Assembly: GCA_016124805.1 (NCBI GenBank)
Contig: WGND01000002.1
Location: forward strand, 16,594 to 80,593
Direction: 5' to 3'
Length of the DNA stretch: 64,000 bases
From: Hyphomicrobiales bacterium
GTDB lineage: Bacteria > Pseudomonadota > Alphaproteobacteria > Parvibaculales > Parvibaculaceae
Shown: positions 58,370 through 64,000 of the stretch, piece by piece
Layout of the letters: each line of letters begins with the position of its first letter
How positions within the stretch are numbered: position 1 is the stretch's first letter
Translations under genes and position numbers: made by a program
The notes under the pieces: model-generated
The model's input: the letters and a program-made list of their open reading frames with translations, nothing else
Databases searched by the model: none
What the model was told of the DNA's origin: nothing

Positions 58370-58630
58370 TAGGGTAACCACCCTAAAATAATAAGAGGTC
58401 CGAACCAACGGCTATAGCCGAAAACAGGATCCGACGGGAGAGTCCGACACAAAACAATCCTTTGTGCAGACCCACCACTGGCCAGCATCTCCTGGCCGAG
58501 CGATGGGAACAGGCATGAGGGGCAAAAACAATAAGTCGGGGAACATCCAGGGCGACCGAATAATAAGAACAATACGGCGCTTGATTTAAATGAGGGGTCA
58601 CTCTGAAAAGAGTGACCCTTCTGTTATTTA
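58370..58630 (+). ncRNA. Candidate sRNA or cis-regulatory leader (about 260 nt) ending in a strong intrinsic terminator, upstream of the LpxR-like gene
   Basis: Low-GC stretch with stops in all frames. Hairpins lie at 58371-84, 58399-410, 58448-66 and 58470-87. The terminator GGGTCACTC-TGAAAA-GAGTGACCC + TTCTGTTATTT lies at 58595-58630. Confidence 0.3.
58595..58630 (+). terminator. Rho-independent terminator (+ strand) with no upstream + strand CDS
   Basis: Perfect 9-bp stem, 6-nt loop and T-rich tail. Confidence 0.7.
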
Positions 58631-58719
58631 GGCTCCCTGCCCTCAAAAACCCTGATTTAAACTCTAAAGACGGTTCGTTCGTCATTTGACCGCCTTGCGC
58701 CCTGCTTTGGAGTTCTGAT

Positions 58720-59787
58720 TTGTCATTTCCTCCCCGCCTCCCCCTGCGCCTGACCCATGCCGGCCTGATGGCCGCGATCATCGGGGGCCTGTCCGGCGCG
58801 GCCCTGCCGCTCACTTCAGCCAAAGCTGCCGATGACAATGGCTTCATTTCCCTTGAAGTCGAGAATGACGTCTTTTTCGCCATCGGCACGGACCGCCATT
58901 ACACCAATGGGGTCAAGGCGAGCTGGACCTCCGCCCCACGCCATGACCTGCCCCTCTGGTTACAGGATGTCTCGGCCCCGCGCTTCTTCACAGGGACAGC
59001 GGATGACAGCAAGACCACCCATCGTCTGGGCCTCGCCCTCAGCCAGGAAATTTTCACGCCTGAAGACACACAGACGGCAACGGCCCTGCCTGATGAGCGG
59101 CCCTATGCCGCCTGGCTGCACACGACGCTTTCCCTGCAGAGCATTTTCTACGCTAATGACGGTGAAGCCTGGCAGGACAAAATCCTTCTGGACCTCGGCG
59201 TAGTCGGCCCTGCCGCGCTGGGCGAAGAAGTGCAGAATGGCTGGCATCGCAGCTTCGGGATTGAAACGGTCAAAGGCTGGGATAACCAGCTTCATAATGA
59301 GCCCGGCGTCAATCTGACCGTGGAGCGCGCCTGGCGTTCGCCCAAGCTCAAGACACCCGATGTGATCGGGCTCGAAACCGATTTCATTCCCTATGGCGTT
59401 CTCGCGCTGGGCAATGTCAGCACCTATGCGGGTCTCGGGGGCACGCTGCGCATCGGCGCCAATCTGCCTGACGATTTCGGTCCCACCGGCATCTATCCCA
59501 ATAATGGCGGGTCGGACTGGTTCATCCCCACCACGGGTTTCAACTGGTATGTCTTTGCCGGTGCCAGCGGGCGTGCTGTCGGGCGCAATATTTTTCTCGA
59601 CGGCAACAGCTTCCGCGACAGCCAGAGCGTCGACAAGCGCATCTTCGTCGCCGATCTCAAGGCCGGCCTTGTCGCCGTTATCTGGGACATGCGCTTAAGC
59701 CTCACAAATGTCTACCGGACGCGCGAATTTTACGGGCAGAGCGAGCCCGACCAGTTCGGCTCCCTCACCGTCAGCTTTGCGCTTTGA
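58720..59787 (+). CDS. Lipid A deacylase LpxR-family (DUF2219) outer-membrane protein
   Basis: Signal peptide, an LEVENDVF....TDRHYTNG...SW motif, and beta-barrel-like alternation ending in ..SFAL. It has a TTG start, with an alternative ATG at 58768. Confidence 0.65.
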   Translation: MSFPPRLPLRLTHAGLMAAIIGGLSGAALPLTSAKAADDNGFISLEVENDVFFAIGTDRHYTNGVKASWTSAPRHDLPLWLQDVSAPRFFTGTADDSKTTHRLGLALSQEIFTPEDTQTATALPDERPYAAWLHTTLSLQSIFYANDGEAWQDKILLDLGVVGPAALGEEVQNGWHRSFGIETVKGWDNQLHNEPGVNLTVERAWRSPKLKTPDVIGLETDFIPYGVLALGNVSTYAGLGGTLRIGANLPDDFGPTGIYPNNGGSDWFIPTTGFNWYVFAGASGRAVGRNIFLDGNSFRDSQSVDKRIFVADLKAGLVAVIWDMRLSLTNVYRTREFYGQSEPDQFGSLTVSFAL

Positions 59788-61677
59788 TCAGACTTCCGTC
59801 TTTGTGCCGAATTCCACCACGCGGTTTGGCGGCAAACTGAAATATTCGGTTGGCGAAACGGCATAATCCATGAGGATAATGAAAAGCTGCGATTGCCAGC
59901 CCGGCATGGCGGATTCATGCTCATGCACCAATGTCTGCCGACTGAGAAAATATGATGTTTCCATCGGCGGAAATTCTATCCCGAAAGATCTGCAGCGCCC
60001 CAGCATGTCCGGCACATTGACCGGCTGCATGAAGCCGTGGCGGATTTCGATGCGAACAAACCCGCTATAGAGATTTTCTATCGCGAGTTGCTCGTTGAGC
60101 GGCACACGGGGCGTGTCCTCAACACTCACGCGGAGCAATGCCACACGCTTGTGTAACACCTGATTGTGCTTGAGATTGTGCAACAAGGCGGTGGGCACGA
60201 TATCGAGATTGGACGTCATGAAGACCGCGGCGCCCTTGACGCGCTTGATCTTGTCTTCAGCTGCCTGGCGCATCAGGGTATCAAGCGGCAATGCGCCATC
60301 GCGTATCTGGCCATCGAGGTGCTGACGTCCCCGACGCCATGTCTCCATGACGGCAACGAGCAGCAAGGCAACGATGATGGGCAACCAGCCTCCTTGCAGC
60401 ACCTTGGTCATATTGGCGGCGAGAAAACTCAGATCAACCGTCAGAAAGGCAACTGAAAGGGGCCCAATGATGTAGAGAGGCCATTTCGCGACATAGCGGA
60501 AATAATAGAAGGCCAGGCAGGTCGTCAGCCCCATGGTGGCTGTTACGGCGATGCCATAGGCATAAGCCAGGTTGGACGAGCTTTCGAAGCCGAACACGAC
60601 CAGCAAGACACCAATCATCAGGGCATTGTTGACCTGCGGCACATAGATTTGCCCGGACTCGAGCGCCGATGTGTGCCGGATGCGCAGGCGGGGCAACCAC
60701 CCGAGTTCAACGGCCTGGCTGGTCACGGAGAAGGCACCTGAGATGACCGCCTGAGATGCAATGATGGCGGCCATTGTCGCCAGCAAGACGAGCGGGATAC
60801 GCGTGATTTCAGGCGCAAGCAGGTAGAAGGGATTTCGCACAGCCTCCGGATTTTCAAGAAGCAACGCGCCCTGCCCGAAATAATTCAAAACGAGCGCCGG
60901 CCACACAACAAATGTCCATGCGCGCTGCACGGTGGCCCGTCCGAAATGCCCCATATCAGCATAAAGGGCTTCAGCCCCCGTAACAGCGAGAACGACGGCG
61001 CCCAAAAGTGCCAGTGTTCGCGTCTCACCGCTGAAAAGCAGGGCAATGCCCGGTCGCGGGTCAAGCGCCACCAGCACGGATGGATGCTGGGCAATGCCGT
61101 AAACGCCCAAGAGAGCGATAACGGCAAACCAGAGGAGCGTGACGGGGCCAAAAAAGGCCCCGACGCCTGCCGTGCCGCGGCGTTGCATCAGGAACAACCC
61201 GACCAGCAGACAGGCGGAAACCGGCATGGCCAATCCGTCCAGAACCGGCGAGATGACATGAAGGCCTTCGACAGCTCCCAATACCGAAATGGCGGGCGTC
61301 AGGAGTCCATCGCCATAAAAGAGTGCGGCGCCCAACATGCCGGCTGCGACAATCAGCATGGAAAATCTGCCGGTGGCGCCCTGCTGCTTCAGCGCCAGCG
61401 CGGCCAGCGCCAGTACACCGCCTTCGCCCTTGTTGTCGGCGCGCAAAATGAAGACGACATATTTGATCATCACCACGAGGGTGATGGCCCAGAACACCAG
61501 CGACAGGACGCCTGCGACACTTGCCTGATCCGGCTTCAAACCGACAACCGGATCGAAACACTGGCGGATTGTGTAGAGAGGGCTTGTCCCAATATCGCCG
61601 TAAACAATGCCCAGGGCTGCAATATGAAGCGAGAACCGAAAGGGTCGCTCTTCACTGTCAGATGAAGTGATCGTCAC
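59788..61677 (-). CDS. kup: Potassium uptake transporter Kup (KUP/HAK/KT family)
   Basis: LGIVYGDIGTSPLY signature, 629 aa, and 12 transmembrane segments plus a cytosolic C-terminus. It has a GTG start. Confidence 0.92.
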   Translation of the reverse strand: MTITSSDSEERPFRFSLHIAALGIVYGDIGTSPLYTIRQCFDPVVGLKPDQASVAGVLSLVFWAITLVVMIKYVVFILRADNKGEGGVLALAALALKQQGATGRFSMLIVAAGMLGAALFYGDGLLTPAISVLGAVEGLHVISPVLDGLAMPVSACLLVGLFLMQRRGTAGVGAFFGPVTLLWFAVIALLGVYGIAQHPSVLVALDPRPGIALLFSGETRTLALLGAVVLAVTGAEALYADMGHFGRATVQRAWTFVVWPALVLNYFGQGALLLENPEAVRNPFYLLAPEITRIPLVLLATMAAIIASQAVISGAFSVTSQAVELGWLPRLRIRHTSALESGQIYVPQVNNALMIGVLLVVFGFESSSNLAYAYGIAVTATMGLTTCLAFYYFRYVAKWPLYIIGPLSVAFLTVDLSFLAANMTKVLQGGWLPIIVALLLVAVMETWRRGRQHLDGQIRDGALPLDTLMRQAAEDKIKRVKGAAVFMTSNLDIVPTALLHNLKHNQVLHKRVALLRVSVEDTPRVPLNEQLAIENLYSGFVRIEIRHGFMQPVNVPDMLGRCRSFGIEFPPMETSYFLSRQTLVHEHESAMPGWQSQLFIILMDYAVSPTEYFSLPPNRVVEFGTKTEV

Positions 61678-61840
61678 CAGCTCAAGCCTTGGCTGTTTCA
61701 GAGGCCGCGCATGCTCTGCTTATGCTGCAATGCGGTCAAGCCCATTTCTTTGCCTTTCCGAGCAGATTGCCGTGCCGGATCAGGTCTGCTAGGCCAATGG
61801 GCATCGAAATGAACAACACTCAAAAATGAGGATTCCGCTC

Positions 61841-62635
61841 ATGTCCGACCCCATTCTACTCGTTGAAAAATCCGATGGTATGGCCGTTGTCACGCTGAAC
61901 CGGCCTGACGCCATGAATGCGCTGAACAAGCCGCTGCGCGAAGCGATCGCCAAAACCTTCGAAGAACTGGAAGCTGATCCCGAGGTTCGCGTGGTCATTC
62001 TGACGGGTGCAGGCAAGGCATTCTGCGCCGGCCTCGACCTAAAGGAACTGGGCTCCAACGCATCTGCCGTGGGCGGCGATGGCGGCAGCGTCAACAGCAC
62101 CATTACCGAACGCGACCCTGTGCGCTCGCTTGGCCGTTTCTCCGGCCCCGTCATCGGCGCCATCAATGGTGTGGCGATCACGGGCGGTTTTGAACTGGCG
62201 ATTGCCTGCGATGTGCTGATCTGCGGCCCCAATGCCCGCTTTGCCGACACCCATGCGCGCGTCGGCATTCTGCCGGGCTGGGGTCTCAGCCAGAAGCTGT
62301 CACGCACCATCGGCATTTACCGGGCCAAAGAACTTTCCCTCACAGGCAATTTCATGTCGGCCGAACAGGCTTATGAATGGGGTCTGGTCAACCGCGTTGT
62401 CAGCGCCGAAGAGCTGCTCCCCACCTGCAAGGCGCTGGCCAATGACATGCTGAGCGTCGTGCCAGAGTCGCTTGCCGCTTACAAGAAGCTGATTGACGAG
62501 GGCTATGCCCAGAGCTTCGGCGAGGGCATGAAGACAGAGGCCCGTGTTTCCAGCCAGACAAATAACAGCGTTACGGCCTCTGCCGTGGAAGAACGCCGCG
62601 AAGCCATCCGCAAACGCGGGCAGCAGCAGGTCTGA
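61841..62635 (+). CDS. Enoyl-CoA hydratase/isomerase family protein
   Basis: VVTLNRPDAMNAL, FCAGLDLKE and AINGVAITGGFELA motifs. The ATG at 61841 follows GAGGA. Confidence 0.85.
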   Translation: MSDPILLVEKSDGMAVVTLNRPDAMNALNKPLREAIAKTFEELEADPEVRVVILTGAGKAFCAGLDLKELGSNASAVGGDGGSVNSTITERDPVRSLGRFSGPVIGAINGVAITGGFELAIACDVLICGPNARFADTHARVGILPGWGLSQKLSRTIGIYRAKELSLTGNFMSAEQAYEWGLVNRVVSAEELLPTCKALANDMLSVVPESLAAYKKLIDEGYAQSFGEGMKTEARVSSQTNNSVTASAVEERREAIRKRGQQQV

Positions 62636-62815
62636 GCCCTTATTTTCCAATCCGCTTATGATTTCGCCATAATTTCGTCATCTGGACCACCAAAGTGATG
62701 CGCTTCGCGCGCTGCCTTTGGCGGCGTGATATATAGTGGACGATTGACCCGCCGCGCTGGACCGGCAGGCCGAGATGATTTTTTGTGCCCAGTGCGTCAC
62801 ATCTAGCGGACTATT

Positions 62816-64000
62816 ATGGACAAACCCGAGACGTCACCGACCCCTGCGCCTGACATGCAGCCAACGACCTCCAAAAAGGGGTCTCTCACGCGGTTGGCGG
62901 CTTTCTTCCTGATCGTCCTGCCGGTGGTCATCATCGCCAATCTGGCGATCTGGGCGGCTTTCAACCAGCCCTATGACGCCGAAGCCTGGACGGGTGAAAT
63001 TGTCGGTCTGTCCTATAGCCCCTTCCGTCAGGGGCAGGATCCCAATCGGGGCATCTATCCGCAGAAGGAAGAAATTGACGCTGACATGGCGCTGCTCTCG
63101 CAGACAGCGCAGGCCATCCGCACCTATTCGGTCAGCCACGGTCAGGAAAATATTCCCGATCTCGCCGCCAAGCATGGCCTGTCTGTGGCGCTGGGTGCAT
63201 GGATCGATTCCAACAAGGCCAGCAATGACGAGCAGATCAATACGCTCATCGAGCTCGCCCCCAAGCGCAATGTCGTGCGCGTGCTGGTGGGCAATGAATC
63301 ACTGCTGCGCAAGGATGTCTCAGTTGACGAGCTGATCGGTTATATCCGTCAGGCCAAGAAGAAAATCTGGAAACCGGTAAGCACAGCCGAACCGTGGCAT
63401 GTCTGGATTGCCCATCCTGAGCTTGCCAAGGAAGTGGATTACATCGCCGTTCATATCCTGCCCTATTGGGAAGGCGTGCCGATCGACGAGGCGGTGAATT
63501 ACGTCTTTGATCGCCTCAAGGATCTTCACAAGGCTTTCCCGGATAAATCCATCGTCATCACGGAGGTGGGTTGGCCGAGCCGCGGCAAGATCATTCCGCG
63601 GGCCCATTTTGAAGGCATGCCCGATGCTGAACGCGATACCGAGTCCGTGCCCTCGCTTGTCAATCAGGCGACATTCATGCGCGAATTTCTCAACCGCGCC
63701 AAGGATGCCGACATCACCTATTACGTGATGGAAGCTTTCGACCAGCCCTGGAAATCGGGCGATGAAGGCGCTGCGGGCAGCTATTGGGGTATCTATGACG
63801 CCGACCGCCTGCCCAAATTTCCGATGGCAGGGGGCATTTCAGAATCGCCTGAATGGCGCCTCTGGGCTTCCATCGCGGCCGGTCTGGCCCTTGTGCCCGC
63901 CATGCTCTTCATGCTGCGTCAGCGCCATGTGCGCACGCTGGGCGTGATCATCTTTACCGTCCTCACGCAGATTGCCGCCTCGGCGCTCGCCTGGGCCGGG
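62816..64000 (+). CDS. GH17-domain membrane protein, probably the N-terminal part of an NdvB/NdvC-like beta-(1,3)-glucan synthase (3' end lies outside the window)
   Basis: This ORF is not in the track because it has no stop inside the window. My own translation shows an N-terminal transmembrane segment, VLVGNESLL (acid/base NE) and VITEVGWPS (nucleophile E), both typical of GH17, followed by new transmembrane segments at the window edge. Confidence 0.75.
   Translation, partial: MDKPETSPTPAPDMQPTTSKKGSLTRLAAFFLIVLPVVIIANLAIWAAFNQPYDAEAWTGEIVGLSYSPFRQGQDPNRGIYPQKEEIDADMALLSQTAQAIRTYSVSHGQENIPDLAAKHGLSVALGAWIDSNKASNDEQINTLIELAPKRNVVRVLVGNESLLRKDVSVDELIGYIRQAKKKIWKPVSTAEPWHVWIAHPELAKEVDYIAVHILPYWEGVPIDEAVNYVFDRLKDLHKAFPDKSIVITEVGWPSRGKIIPRAHFEGMPDAERDTESVPSLVNQATFMREFLNRAKDADITYYVMEAFDQPWKSGDEGAAGSYWGIYDADRLPKFPMAGGISESPEWRLWASIAAGLALVPAMLFMLRQRHVRTLGVIIFTVLTQIAASALAWAG

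Noticed and set aside
58515-58589. 24-codon ORF (MRGKNNKSGNIQGDRIIRTIRRLI) just before the orphan terminator
   Set aside because: It has no convincing ribosome-binding site, atypical composition and AT-rich codons unlike native genes. I treat the unit as non-coding, although a micropeptide cannot be excluded.

Overview
The window is a visibly GC-rich, gene-dense chromosomal segment of alphaproteobacterial character. The supporting signs are a hisS-hisZ-hisG cluster, a CIRCE plus RpoH-type promoter on groESL, a RamB-like regulator next to aceBA, and DUF families typical of that class. I call about 63 protein-coding genes, and nearly all are recognisable core or housekeeping functions:
- ribF (5' partial), a methyltransferase, a crotonase, DUF1993 and ubiD.
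- A cytochrome b561-YceI-YceI operon, arfB plus a GIY-YIG gene, TerC, MAPEG, pmbA, an IMPase/CysQ-like gene, DUF4170 and TspO.
- A Kdo/lipid A block (DUF374-waaA-lpxK-lpxL-like), LysE, an M23 peptidase, DUF2093, xseA and purD.
- An APH-like kinase, a phosphofructokinase, a DSD1-type PLP enzyme, a TetR regulator and groES-groEL.
- An ACAD / TetR / FMO / SDR block, a TauE and LysR pair, hisG-hisZ-hisS and a PAS histidine kinase.
- A cioAB-type cytochrome bd oxidase plus a small ORF absent from the ORF track.
- A RamB-like regulator divergent from aceB-aceA, then rraA, speH-speE, an amine oxidase, a nitronate monooxygenase and an AKP-repeat/phasin-like protein.
- A methyltransferase, a hydrolase, a D-aminoacylase, an aldo/keto reductase, an LpxR-like deacylase, kup, a second crotonase, and a 3'-truncated GH17 glucan-synthase-like gene.

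I found no rRNA, tRNA, CRISPR array, transposase, integrase or phage genes. I do not see a convincing novel multi-gene system, and the region reads as ordinary core genome.

The items most worth a second look are mostly non-coding or small:
1. A highly structured leader of about 230 nt upstream of the TerC gene, possibly a divergent Mn2+/yybP-ykoY-type riboswitch.
2. A promoter-to-intrinsic-terminator unit of about 260 nt with no credible ORF upstream of the LpxR-like gene, which is a candidate sRNA or cis-regulator.
3. An unlisted 44-codon DUF2474-like ORF coupled to cydB.
4. An apparently long-form HisG encoded next to HisZ.
5. An AT-rich, repeat-bearing control region between the RamB-like regulator and aceB.

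All functional calls rest on my own recognition of motifs and families in the supplied translations. No database search was run.
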